From NCBI GenBank assembly GCA_009859145.1, contig VRVR01000062.1, positions 89,051 to 153,050 on the forward strand: a DNA stretch of 64,000 nt, read 5' to 3'. Source of the DNA: Andalucia godoyi And28 (Eukaryota; Protista; Jakobida). Shown here one piece after another: positions 10,054 to 21,470 of this stretch. Both the position numbers and the translations under genes were made by a program. The notes below the pieces were generated by a model that was not told the origin of the DNA, searched no databases, and saw only the letters and a list, made by a program, of their open reading frames with translations. Numbering within the stretch: position 1 is the first letter of the stretch; each line of letters starts with the position of its first letter.

Positions 10054-10823
10054 TCGAGACTGCTCTGTACGACCGAACAACGTTTTCCCAAACGAATTGA
10101 TTGTACAGCAGACACACTGCAGCTTGCAGGCTTTCCAGCAGCTTCTCCGTGCGTCCCACGCTGCTGCCTAGAGAACAGAACAGCAAAGCGCAAAGGGGAA
10201 GAGGACGTTGCACATTTGCGGAGAGTCCCGACTTTCCAGCTTCCACGCTCTGGAATTAAAAAAAAATAATAATAATAAAATTTATAATGTGTGGAATGGG
10301 GAGGGAAGCACAGGACGTGTCCCGAAAAGGAAGCGCGTGTGTGAGCAGCCGTGATGCTGGTGTGGGATGTGAAGGCTTGACATCGCACCACAGTCGGAGG
10401 TTGTGCTCGGACTTTGAAACCAGTCGATTGCCAGCAGGTTCGGCGGGCCGTCTTACAAGATGACGCTTCATGATTCCCGAAAGGGAAATTTTTGTTGTTG
10501 TTGCTGTTGTTGAATGTTGATGGCTTTGCGTGCGTCGGCCGAATGGCGATTCTGCGCCTTTTTTGGGCTGCCGTGAGCGTTCATCAAGCAGAGAAGTAAA
10601 AACGCTGGCAAGCGCCTTGTCATTTTACTCCTTCTTGAAATAACATTGACATTGACTTTCGATAACAATTTCTCTCCCCAACAGTTAATAACAATTGGCT
10701 GATGTACTGAGATTCAGCAGCACGTTTTTTGCTTGATTTGCGCCAGTCTCCTAGCGCGTCTCCGTGTTTCATTCAAGTCTTCGTTTTCCTTGTTTGCTGG
10801 TTCATTGAACGGGAAGGAGGAGG

Positions 10824-11936
10824 ATGGGAGCGTGCGTGTCAGTTGAGCTGCCTCGAGAAATCCAAAGAAGGAAAGCCATGCAAGAACAGCAACAAGCAAG
10901 ACTCGCTGCCAAGAAGCTTCGCCAGCAGCAGCAACAACAACAGCAACAGCAACAGCAGCAGCAGCGCGAACTACAAGAACAGAAGAGACTTGATGAGGTA
11001 GCAATACCATTTGCTGCTAACGACAGATCGTCGTCTTCGTTGTCGTCTTCGTCGAGTGATTCAGTGGAAGAAACTCCTCATGTACGCACGCGAGACGCAA
11101 AGGATCCGAACTGTGACGGTAATGGTTGTAGCGATCGGAAGACTGGCATGAGTCCTTCTCTGTCACTGGCAGCATCATCAGCATCAGCATCAGCATCAGC
11201 ATCACCGTCACCGTCACCGTCGCCATCACCGTTGCCGTCGCCGTCGCCGACACCGTCGTCACCCTCACATAATATATTGAAGATTGGAAAGAGCAATCCG
11301 TTTGCACCGGCGGTTGAACGGCGACTGCGAGAGAAAGCTCGATCGATTCGTCTGCGAAGTGTGATTGCGTCAGTGCGGGAATCCGATGTTGGGACCTTCC
11401 AGCTGAACCGCGGTGACAGGACGGTGATGCGAGGGCGAAAACCTTGCGAACGGTTCATTCCGCCGCCGACTATGTGGGACAGCAGCTTTCCATACTCTTC
11501 ATTTTCAGATCCAGGAAGACGGCCGGATACCGACGAGTCCCACTGTGGCACCGAAGAATTTGGCGAGACCGTCGTGGCCGTTGGATATGAGAATGACATG
11601 GATGAGAATGATAACGAGAATGATTCGAGCGATAATGCGCAGTTTGGATCCAGATTTTCGAACTGCCGCTCTCCGCATTCCAGCTCAATTTTGAAACGGA
11701 AAGACACGTTTGACGTGCGCAATATGCGCAGTTTTCTCAGCGTCAAGAAATCGTTTGACCATCGACCAGAGGGTGCGCTGAGTCCATCGAACAATGACAC
11801 GGGCTTCTCGCGCCTGAGAGCTCGGCCGCATGGCCGCATGGTCTCATTCGCGGAAGAAATCTCAGTTTGGAGCTTTGATCGTGCGCGCGCTCGTGAGTCG
11901 AATCCCAACGTCTCGGTCGATGTCTTGGAGGGGTAG
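10824..11936 (+). CDS. Hypothetical disordered protein (370 aa) with an N-myristoylation/palmitoylation-like start and a C-terminal RVxF-like motif
   Basis: Starts MGACVS; contains poly-Q and SP repeats; ends with RMVSFAEEISVWSF. Confidence 0.7.
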   Translation: MGACVSVELPREIQRRKAMQEQQQARLAAKKLRQQQQQQQQQQQQQQRELQEQKRLDEVAIPFAANDRSSSSLSSSSSDSVEETPHVRTRDAKDPNCDGNGCSDRKTGMSPSLSLAASSASASASASPSPSPSPSPLPSPSPTPSSPSHNILKIGKSNPFAPAVERRLREKARSIRLRSVIASVRESDVGTFQLNRGDRTVMRGRKPCERFIPPPTMWDSSFPYSSFSDPGRRPDTDESHCGTEEFGETVVAVGYENDMDENDNENDSSDNAQFGSRFSNCRSPHSSSILKRKDTFDVRNMRSFLSVKKSFDHRPEGALSPSNNDTGFSRLRARPHGRMVSFAEEISVWSFDRARARESNPNVSVDVLEG

Positions 11937-13300
11937 GGATCCTCTCCAAAAAAAAAAGCGTGGTCGCTTCGATAGACAGACGGATAAGCATGCAGACCGG
12001 CTGGGAGGCGGGGAAGATGCTGGTGATGATACCCTGCGTAGTGCGTCCTGGTGGCAGGGGTCTGCGGAAAGTTGTTTGTAACCAACGGCTTGCGGCGGAC
12101 AGAAAAAATCGGCGAAGGAATCCACCAATCCGCTCACTCCGCAGGTTGGTCTGAGCAAACGGAGATGGGCTAACAGGAGACAGACCATATCGGAAAGCCA
12201 TTCGCCATGCGGTGTTTCATCTGCTCGTGATTCTAGTTCCAAAATGCCGTTCCCGGAGCAAAGAGTTCCTTTGGCAGAACTCGTTCCGACGGTGTTTGCT
12301 TGGGCGAGTCACGGGTCACGCGCCAAACATCCGTTCGACTGTGTGCTGTTTCATGACCGTTCTGCACTGCTCGCGAGTGCGTCCAGGCATGCCGAATCCC
12401 ATCTCGTGGAAAGGGGTGGACGAGGGCGTGCAAGGGCCTGCATATTGTCTGTGAGGGCAAATCCGGAGGTGGTGAGGACAATGGACTTAGTGATTAGGTG
12501 AAGCGGCACACCCTCACATCCATCACGTTGCACAACGCGATGTGGTGTGAGCAGACAAGCAGCCATGGTTAGCTCTTACTGCTCCGACACGCAATCATCG
12601 TTTGCTTCTACGGCTTCGCAAATGATGTTTGCATTCTCAGATGGATACGCGTGTCGAACCAGACAATAATGCTGCGAGGGTTGTTTTTGCCCCGTGAATG
12701 AGGACCGTTTAAAACTTTAAAACAGATTACAGATTTTCCTCTTCTCCTTCCCAAAAGGCATCCTCGCGAAAAAGTTCACGCTCAAAATTTTTAAATTTTA
12801 AATATACATAAGTATATGTAGAAAGTGAAGAGCATCTCCTAACTTAAACGCTTCTTCTTACCGTTTCCCCATTTGCAAGCGTCCGTTGTCTGGCAAGGTT
12901 GTTGTTGCTGCTTATTGTTGTCATCGTCCTCGGCATCACAGTTCTCGCCGTTCGTGTTCTCGGCCTTGTTCTGCTTCTTCTTTGGAAGTTTCATTCATTC
13001 ATTCCCTTCTGCGTAGGAGCTCTGCTTCTGACATCTTTAAAAATTTACGCAGCTCCGTTTCCATCCCCGTTTCCCTTTTTTTTCCCTTTTCCCTTTCCAA
13101 CACCTCCTTCCTCTTTCTCTTCCACTTCCTCCTCCTCCTCCTCCTCCTCTTCTTCTTCTGCTTTCTTGTCTGTGTCGCATTCATCACCCTCCTCATCCAC
13201 CTCCTCATCCGCACCTTCCCACTCGTCAACACCGCTTGACCGCTGCCCTTCGAGCCTGGCATTGCTGACGTCGTTTCTTCCACAAGCACCGCTACAACTG

Positions 13301-13415
13301 ATGGAAAACAAAAGCAACCGGTTTGACGAACCCGAGCAGCAGCAGCAGCAACAACAACAACTACAACTACTGCAACAACAACAACAACTACTGCAACAAC
13401 AACAACAACTACTGC

Positions 13416-13455
<40 letters not shown>

Positions 13456-15082
13456 TCATCATCATCATCTGCAGCAGCAGCAATCATTGCACAGTTCTCA
13501 AGAGGCTGCGCAGCATCGAGATCCTTCCAAGACCGGACGACTTCTTCTACGACCTGTCCAGCTCAGTCCAGAAGAACTGGAGTCTTTGTCAAGCACCAAT
13601 CCGCAAGCCGGCAGTGCTTCGACAACTTCCTATGCAGCTCCTCCTCCACAGCATGCGTGGATCGGCGCGGAGTCCATGCTTGCAGATATTCCGCATTCAT
13701 CCGGGTTTGCATTTCCTCAGACTCCACTGTTGAACGTCGGCGCCCCAATGTACTCCTCGTCGTTTCAGTCCATCGGTCCTCCGCATGTGACACATGCTGG
13801 ACAGGGCATAGCAGCCATGCTTGCGAACCCCACGGCCTCGCCGTTGTCCGCACCGCATACGGCTGCCAGTATGTTTCCCTCCCAGTCTGCTTCCCAGTTT
13901 CTCTTGTCTACCGTGCAAACGCATCCCGCACCCCAAACGCAAGCGCATCGTGGAATGCAGCTATATAATCCACCTCCACGGCGGAAATCCGTCGACTTGG
14001 CAGAGCCTGTATTTGTAGAGTCGCGGGACTGGACGTTTCATTCCAAGGTGTCTACCAAGCCTGCGAGGCCTTCTTCCTCTGCATTGGTCTCGTCGTCGTC
14101 GTCGTCGTCATCATCATCATCATCATCGTCGTCGTCGTCCTCCCCCTCTTCCTCGAAGTCCGTAGTTCTTAATCCGCGGTTTGCTGGATGGCAGATCATC
14201 CAGAGAAATGCGCTATCGACACTGGATGCGGAGAAGGAGGCGCTCAAGATCAGTGATTTTTCAGCATGCTACAAGACCGGGCGGACAGAATTTGTTCCGT
14301 GGAACGTTCCAATCTCGCGATCATTTATGCTGTTCAAGACATCGACCTATGTCTTGTTTCTGCGTTGTTCGCAAACGTCGTCCGTGCTTCACGATGCGAT
14401 TCGCGATGAAACGGTCCATGTCCGCGTCAGTCTCGTTGTGGACAATGCAAGCAGAGACATTGTGCCGAACGGGCTGTTTTGCAACAAAGACGACACAAAA
14501 GTCTGCACTGGACGTTTTGTGCCGGACCACGATCTCTCGGAAGAGTCACTCTCAGCACTCAGAGCCTCGTCCGGGTCCTCCGCATCATTGCCATCATCCT
14601 CATCCGCCTCTTCGTCTAGCACCTTGTCTTGGACGTTGTTTTTAGGTTCGTTTCGATTTGACACAACCTCCTACTTGCACGGTGAACCTCGGCAGTACCG
14701 ATTTTGCGTGACTCTTTTTCGATATGGATCTTCAGCGCAGCAAAATTTGCAGACTGCGAGTTCAATGTCGTCCTCTGCTGAAATGGGAAAGATGTCAAAA
14801 GATGTGAAACCAAAGTCACCGTCTGACACCCCGCAGTCTCCACTGAGTGGCACAACGCGGTTCAGCATGCCTCCGGAAGCATTTCAAAAGTTCAGCGTGC
14901 AGAAACAGACGGAGCCCATGCTCGTGCAGCCTATGGAACTGACTGTTTGGCTTAATGCCCAAGATGCACCGCACACCGAAGTCCCGCTGCTTCAGATCTA
15001 CTCCCCCCCGTTCTTCATCCGTGCCAAGAAGATCCCGAGAACTTCACACGGTCGCACAAGCCCAGAAGCCGCCCACGACTAG
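13301..15082 (+). CDS. Poly-Q, Ser/Pro-rich protein (~593 aa) with a C-terminal beta-rich domain; putative transcription factor
   Basis: ATG at 13301; the upstream part of the track ORF is pyrimidine-rich leader. A CAA-encoded poly-Q is followed by VHVRVSLV...GLF...FRFDTTSYLHG..QYRFCVTL...SPPFFIRAKK. Confidence 0.75.
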
Positions 15083-16370
15083 CACCCGCCCATCCCATCC
15101 TGCCTGTCCGCTCGCTGCGAATAGTTTCTCCACACACACACACGCACACACACACACGCACACGCACGAGTACGCTCAAATTTGGACTCTTCTCATATTT
15201 TATCTTTTGTTATTGTTATTGCTAGTGGTGGTGCTAGTGTTGCTGTTGTTGTACCCGACTTCGAAGCGTTCACGAGTGTGCCTGTATCTCGAAATAGATC
15301 GACGAGTGAAACAGAAAGGGAATCAAAAATGCTTTAAACGAATTAAATTAAAAAAACAACCCAAAACAAAAACAAAAACAAAAAACAAAGCCAAGCTGGA
15401 GCGCCTCCCCCGTTTGACCAGGCTTCTTAGAGTCTTGCGCACACGTTCACGTCGTATGTGAGCGGCATCTGGAAAACACCGAAATTACTGATGCAGACCA
15501 AGTCTTGTCGTACAACATGCACGGAAGCGGCATCTCCCCATCCAGATCCCGCGACACCTTGTGTTGACTGCGCCTTGATTTGGTTTGTGAGAGGTGTTTT
15601 TGTTGCTGCTTTCGGCGGATGCCAGATTCAACATCCTTGGGAATTCATGCGGGTTGTCCCTGAGAACCTGTCATCAACTCGCAAAAAACTCTTCCACCCT
15701 CCCCATCCTTTGTGCCGTCCTTTGTTTGGCGGTTGTTTCCGCATCCGCATCCGCATCGAACGTTTCCGTGCTTCGGAGCTATTTGCAGGCGGAGGACTGC
15801 CACATGCAGGCAAACGTGCGTACATCTACCCGGATGAGCATGGAGAGCGGTACGCAGTGGAAGTTGCTTGAATCGTTGCATGAGCAGATAAGCACCGTAT
15901 CGGTATAGGAAGATTGTGTCCAATTGCAGTTTGCTCGTCAGCTCTGCTGAGACATGGCGCCATTTCCGTCCCAGTAAGCTCGCACACTCTTCGGTTCCAC
16001 TGAATCCGCCTCCATGATCCAGCTCGTCTACCATTGCTCACTCGAACTGTTCTGCTCTTCCCCATTCACAAAATGGATCCGCGTTACCCAGTTTAAGCAA
16101 TCCGTTTTGCACGATTATCGGAGGACTTTTCTGCCGCAGTGCAGCAGAAACTTTCACATCTGTTCATTCATCCCTGCTTTAATCGTGCTTGTTCCTACCG
16201 ATTCCTTTTCTTTCCCTTCTTTCCCTTCTTTCCCTTCTTCTTTTTTCTGGCTTGCCGCTTCCTGCTCTCTGGTTTCCTCTTCCGAGGGGCTTTGCGATTC
16301 ACACTGTTGCCAAAACATCACCATCGTCATCCTCCCGGCTATTTTCCTTGTTGCCACTATTGGTCTGGAG

Positions 16371-17684
16371 ATGAGTGAGAGTTGGCAGTTTTATGGTTGG
16401 AAGTCTCCCGAAGCATCCGGTTCCAGTGCATATCCTCCACCTGAATCACAAATTCGGCAGTTCTACGCATGTGTGACGTGCAAGGAAGCACATCGGTCGT
16501 GCGATCGAAGGGGGCCACCGTGCACGAGATGTCGCGAAACTGGAAGAATTTGCCAGTACCCAAACAGAGTTCCGCCACCAACCCATTTCGTTCCTCACCA
16601 AGACCCCAGCATCGATAGCCCCCAACAGCAACCACAATCACAGCCACAGTCGCAGTTGCAACAACCGTCACAAGATGCATTTGCAAAGGGGTTCAGTTCT
16701 TTGCCAGTGTCCCGGGTTTCAAGTCCCCTCGAAGTCGACAGCGCATTGCTCATACATCCCTCGCCTTCTCATTCCCATTCGCATTCTGAACCGGTTGCTA
16801 CACCGCCATTACCAAATATAACAGCCATTTCACCACGGTCGCACCCGATGTCAACACAATCGCACCAAGCGTACCCGCCGCCGTCTTGGTCCGCGTTGTC
16901 GTACCCGTTTGTTGCGCAAAGTCATGATAGCTGGGGTTGGCTCAACAAACCACAATCTGAGCCACTACTTGCTTCTGCTCATGACCCATTCGTCCAGCGC
17001 CAAACTCCGGTTCATTCGGCAAGCTTTCCGCAGCTCCCGTCATTTCCGACAACGTTTCCCGCGCAGCATTTGCACTATCCTTATCCGGGGCAGCTGTCAC
17101 AAACCTATCCAGCATCCCCTGCGTCGCAACGCTGGACCAGTACGTTCAGTCCACGTTCGCTGAACGAGAATCGATCCTCGGCACCCAATGCTCTGCAGGA
17201 CTCTGGGGGCGCACACAGCAACCCTGGCATCATGATGAAAACTGGAAACGGGGGGACAGCAGCTGCGGCGTCCTCCAACGTCGTTCCTGTGATCCCCCGA
17301 GACGCGTCGTTCGGTTCCAGTATTCAAACGGCGTCTTCTCGATCGTCGACTCGATCGCTGCGGACACCCTCCGTATCTTCGTCGAACGGGATTTCGCAAA
17401 AGGGAGCGGCGCAACCGCCGCCAGTGCGTCCAAGCTCAGTCATGATCACTCATGCGTTGCAGGATTCGGTGCCGCAGGCAATAGTCCAGGGATCCGTTGG
17501 TCTCGGCGATACCGCCGTTCGACTGGAGCAGGTTTTGAAACGCGTCAGATTTGTTGCAGACCGTATCGACGGTGTGCCGCAACATGTCCAGCAACACTTT
17601 GTCGAGCAACTCGAGGATGCCTGCATGTTCATGGAAAGCAGAATGGATGTTGCGCCGAGTTTGCAGTCCAACTCTCCGTTGTGA
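16371..17684 (+). CDS. Zn(II)2Cys6 (GAL4-type) binuclear cluster transcription factor (~437 aa)
   Basis: ACVTCKEAHRSCDRRGPPCTRCRETGRICQY gives the spacing C-x2-C-x6-C-x6-C-x2-C-x6-C. The rest is P/S/Q-rich, with a short helical C-terminus. Confidence 0.88.
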   Translation: MSESWQFYGWKSPEASGSSAYPPPESQIRQFYACVTCKEAHRSCDRRGPPCTRCRETGRICQYPNRVPPPTHFVPHQDPSIDSPQQQPQSQPQSQLQQPSQDAFAKGFSSLPVSRVSSPLEVDSALLIHPSPSHSHSHSEPVATPPLPNITAISPRSHPMSTQSHQAYPPPSWSALSYPFVAQSHDSWGWLNKPQSEPLLASAHDPFVQRQTPVHSASFPQLPSFPTTFPAQHLHYPYPGQLSQTYPASPASQRWTSTFSPRSLNENRSSAPNALQDSGGAHSNPGIMMKTGNGGTAAAASSNVVPVIPRDASFGSSIQTASSRSSTRSLRTPSVSSSNGISQKGAAQPPPVRPSSVMITHALQDSVPQAIVQGSVGLGDTAVRLEQVLKRVRFVADRIDGVPQHVQQHFVEQLEDACMFMESRMDVAPSLQSNSPL

Positions 17685-18220
17685 CCTCGCCACGCTTTGT
17701 CCTTTTGCCTTCTTTTGCTCGCCTCTCTTGTCACCTATCCCACCTCATTGAGTTCCATTGCGTTGCATTGTTTTGCGAGCTCGAGAATGCCGGCTCTTGA
17801 GCTTCATCTTATGCCTCTTGCAGGTGTTTTCTTCTTCTTCTTTCCAGAAGCGAGACTTTATGAATTTCGCTTGGGGAAGAAGGAACACGCAGTTGGGTTG
17901 TATCGGCCTTCCATTTTTTTAATTACTATTTATTGTCGGTTTTGTACATGGGCTTTCGGTGGCTATATGGTTTTCTTTCCCCTCGCCCCCTCTTCTTTTT
18001 TTTTGTTTTTTTGTTTTGTTTTCTGTGACCAGATTCTCGGAATTTGCCTGGTGCGGTTAAACATACAGTATCAATTACTCCACAACATCACCACCACGAC
18101 GAACGAACAGCAACGATGGTGGTGAAAGATTACAAACAAGCAACATATTAGAGTGCACGATAAATATAACAAGGAGAACAGGAGCGGCGGTAAGACTAGC
18201 AATATCTCACGCGCAACGGC

Positions 18221-19507
18221 TCAGATATGTACAATGGAGACGCCGTCAGAATCGATTTGAACGTCCCACGATGTTTCCGGAAGCACGGATGAATTGACGA
18301 CTCGGAGCTTTCGAAGGCCCCTTGACGCAACAGGCACATTTTGCACACGCTCCAGCTGATATCGATGCGATGGACAGTGTGACCATGCAAGCCCAAGAGC
18401 CGACGATTTGGATGAATGGGCAGCAGCACCTGCAAGTGACGATCCGGCACGAAAGTTATCCACGACATGATTCGTCACAAGCACGGCAGCAAGACACTCT
18501 TCCGCGAGCCGTTTTGCCCTTGCCGTCCATCTGAACAATTCTGACGCGCGCTCCATCGGATCCATTCCATACGAAGTGGCATTCCCCGTATGCCCACGGC
18601 TCCCAGTGCTGGCAGCATGCTGATCATCGGTTGCGAGTGAGAAATCCTGGAAAAGCGCAGTGATGGAGTCGACAATGACCAGCCGGATGCATTCGAGAGG
18701 ATTTCGAACAGTGGGCTCCACAAGCCGTTCCCATTGCGACATGAACCAGTTCCACGCAGCACCCGGTGTAGGAGGCAGGGACTTGAGAGGCAATGTCAGG
18801 AGCAACACACGATCGGCAGCGGCTGCATCTGTTATGATTTCCCGCATTCGAGAAGACGGAAATGGCGGTTCTGTGCACACATAGATGCACCGGCCTTCCA
18901 ATCCACCCTCTGCAGCACGCGCCTGGACCTGCCTTGCGAGCGACAAGCACAATGCGGTTTTCCCAGAGCCCGCTTCGCCCGACAGCTCTGTCAAATGACC
19001 ACCGAAGAACACGAGATTATGCTGAAACTCGGTGGTTGACGAAGAAAACGTATGGCTTCCTCGCGCAGACACGTTTGCTCGAATCGGAGAAATCAGTCCG
19101 AAAACATCCGCCGCCGATCCCGAGACGCTCTTGTACATCGTGTACCTCGACTCGCGCGTCGGCGCCGATTCCGATCTCGATCCCGATTCCGATCCCGACC
19201 CAGCTGCACCAAATGAATCGGAGACGTTTGCACTTGCCGTTGCCGTTGCCGTTGCCGAGGAAGACTTGAATCGTTTCGCGCTCGTCGGCGAGTCCGCACA
19301 TGCATGCGAAGCTTGGCGGGAATCTAGGAACAGCTTTGGCAGCACGTCCAGTTTCGACGCTGGCGTTGGCGGAATAAACGGGAGTTCCAGCAGATGGTCC
19401 AGCGTGGTTGGAGGGAGTGGCGAAGCGTCCGGATATTGCGAAACGAGCTGAACAAGCTGTGCATAGCTCATTTCGCACTGTTCTCCACCCAACGAGTGCG
19501 CAGCCAT
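18221..19507 (-). CDS. XRCC3: RAD51 paralog, XRCC3-like (~428 aa)
   Basis: TELSGEAGSGKTALCLSLA..VQ....GGLEGRCIYVCTE.PFP..R (Walker A with XRCC3-like context), LVIVDSI (Walker B), VLVTNHV, and ALGLAW. Confidence 0.8.
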   Translation of the reverse strand: MAAHSLGGEQCEMSYAQLVQLVSQYPDASPLPPTTLDHLLELPFIPPTPASKLDVLPKLFLDSRQASHACADSPTSAKRFKSSSATATATASANVSDSFGAAGSGSESGSRSESAPTRESRYTMYKSVSGSAADVFGLISPIRANVSARGSHTFSSSTTEFQHNLVFFGGHLTELSGEAGSGKTALCLSLARQVQARAAEGGLEGRCIYVCTEPPFPSSRMREIITDAAAADRVLLLTLPLKSLPPTPGAAWNWFMSQWERLVEPTVRNPLECIRLVIVDSITALFQDFSLATDDQHAASTGSRGHTGNATSYGMDPMERASELFRWTARAKRLAEECLAAVLVTNHVVDNFRAGSSLAGAAAHSSKSSALGLAWSHCPSHRYQLERVQNVPVASRGLRKLRVVNSSVLPETSWDVQIDSDGVSIVHI

Positions 19508-20091
19508 TGACCTCTTCCCTCCTCTCCCCCCCCACAAAAATAAAATTAATAACAAAAAAACTAAAAAAACAACACAGGAACAATAATATCAATTCCAATA
19601 ATGGTCCTTTAATGTAAATATGTATACACTCACAAAAAAAAAAAGAGGAAAGAAGAAAAGGGAAAAAAAACGCTAATGACGCAATATCAAAAAGTACGAA
19701 GAAAACCAAAGGAAAAAACGAAGAGTGGAGACACGACGTTGGGCACAAAAGCAGCAATAAGTAAATAAATAATAAAACAACCTCGAAGCTCGAAAGGCTT
19801 TTCACGTGGCAACAAGCAAAAACAAAATGGAGGCGTGCAAACACAGCAGGCACTCCACCCCGCTGGACACTACAGTCGTACTACGGTAGATAGGGTTCGA
19901 TAAATCAAACTTTCTGCCATGGTGCTGTTTGCTGCTCATACACAAAACGGTCAACCATTGGGCTCCGTCATTCTCCACAGCTTCTTTCCCTTTTTTTTAA
20001 ATATTATATACATACACATATTCCATGCTTTAAAAAAAAAACAATAACGATAACAATAATTATTTTCAACAGCCCGTTTTTTCCTGGAAAA

Positions 20092-21153
20092 ATGTCACGA
20101 GTGCTGTCGGATACTACAAACTTCTACAGATCGGTGTCTCCTTCACCGTTTGTGCGCGCTTCGTCTCCGAATCTCTTTCTGCGATCTCCATCCTCTTCTG
20201 CTGTCTCGTCTGTTCAACCTGCTCTTCTGTCCACCAATAATCATCCGCATCATCAACAGCAGCATGGAGGAGGAATGACAAGGTACAGATCGCCTGTGCA
20301 GTCCAAGACTCTTCTTCTCCGTACGTTAAACGACGAAAAAGCATCGTTGCTGGATGAGAATGCAAGGTTACAGTCGCTTCTGTGCCAGGGGAAAGCAGGT
20401 GTTCAGCCCGGATCATTGGCGCAAACAAGCAGCACAAGTAGTAGTAGAGGCACCAGAAGTACGCGTACGGGAAGTAGAGGCAGTAATAGTACACATTCAA
20501 GAGAGCACGACAAGGTGGTGGAGGTGAACGGAGAGGTGGATGGAGAGGTTGAAGTGGAAGTGCGAAAGTTGGAGAGGAAAAAGGTGGAATTGGAGAGAGC
20601 GTTGGAGGATGTGTGGGCTGAGCTTCGTCGGGCGTTCCCGTCGTTGAACGCTGTCGGTTCTGCGGAGGATCGTCTTGAGCGGGCCAGAGGCATGCTGTCG
20701 AAGAGTTTGGAGGATCAAGAAATGCGCGGCGCACGCGAACTGAGTGCGGATGTGGAGCGTCTGCGATGCGCGTTTATGCTGAAGCGACTCGACTCGCTCC
20801 TTTTGCAGCAAATCCAGACCGGGTGTGCTGTGCGGCGAGACAAAGAAAGCGTCGTGCGCAGCTCGGAAGAAGCACGACTCTCGAGATGCGTGTGCGACAT
20901 GCTGCATCATGCACACGCTGCGCCATCGCCATCGCCATCGCCATCGCCATCGCGGCCCATGGATCTGGACAGAGTGCTCGACACCGTCTGCGTCGCAGGT
21001 GCCCACGATGCGCTCGCAACCAGGCTGCGTGCTCTAGAGGAGACCAACTCCCGCCTGCGCCAACAAGCAGAAAAGGAACAAGCCGCCAGAATCGCAAAGG
21101 AAGCCGAGCTCACTCAAATGACAAGTCGAGCGTCCACCCTGCAACAAGCATGA
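20092..21153 (+). CDS. Hypothetical coiled-coil protein (353 aa)
   Basis: ATG-started ORF after an AT-rich spacer, with several heptad stretches (LLDENARLQSLL; VRKLERKKVELERALE; LRALEETNSRLRQQ). Confidence 0.7.
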   Translation: MSRVLSDTTNFYRSVSPSPFVRASSPNLFLRSPSSSAVSSVQPALLSTNNHPHHQQQHGGGMTRYRSPVQSKTLLLRTLNDEKASLLDENARLQSLLCQGKAGVQPGSLAQTSSTSSSRGTRSTRTGSRGSNSTHSREHDKVVEVNGEVDGEVEVEVRKLERKKVELERALEDVWAELRRAFPSLNAVGSAEDRLERARGMLSKSLEDQEMRGARELSADVERLRCAFMLKRLDSLLLQQIQTGCAVRRDKESVVRSSEEARLSRCVCDMLHHAHAAPSPSPSPSPSRPMDLDRVLDTVCVAGAHDALATRLRALEETNSRLRQQAEKEQAARIAKEAELTQMTSRASTLQQA

Positions 21154-21470
21154 TTTAAAAAGCCACCTGCCGTAATTACCTTCCCCATCCCAACGCTTTG
21201 TCCAAGCATCAAAGCATCAAAATCCCAGACAATTTCCTCACTTTTCCTCCGTTGACTATGTGTGTGTATATATATATATATTTATTCTTCTTATAAAAAA
21301 GTCCAAAGCTCGCATGCAGCCCGCAGATTTCCGTTGTCAACTGCACGCTCTTTACTCTCACCTGCACACACTCCCCCACTGACGCATTCATACTTACTTT
21401 CGCTCGCTGACCCGGTTTTCTGCTTGGTAGGTTTGCGGATTCAGGATTGGAGGAATCGAGCTGCTATGAA

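Noticed and set aside
10050-10245. RNase P/MRP RNA on the minus strand (GGAAAGTCGGGA with a possible partner TCTCGAC)
   Set aside because: The conserved CR-V residues are absent and the expected 5' helices would fall in an A/T homopolymer stretch.
9926-10668. Short minus-strand ORFs (106, 148, 71 and 66 aa) as a gene
   Set aside because: No recognisable domain, non-ATG or repeat-derived content, and no consistent splice model.
12023-12154. Box C/D snoRNA (GTGATGA...CTGA) with a 10-nt complement to the 18S 3' end (TCCGCAGGTT)
   Set aside because: The terminal stem is only 3 bp, the guide is offset 3 nt from box D, and no clear C'/D' boxes are seen. It is compatible with chance.
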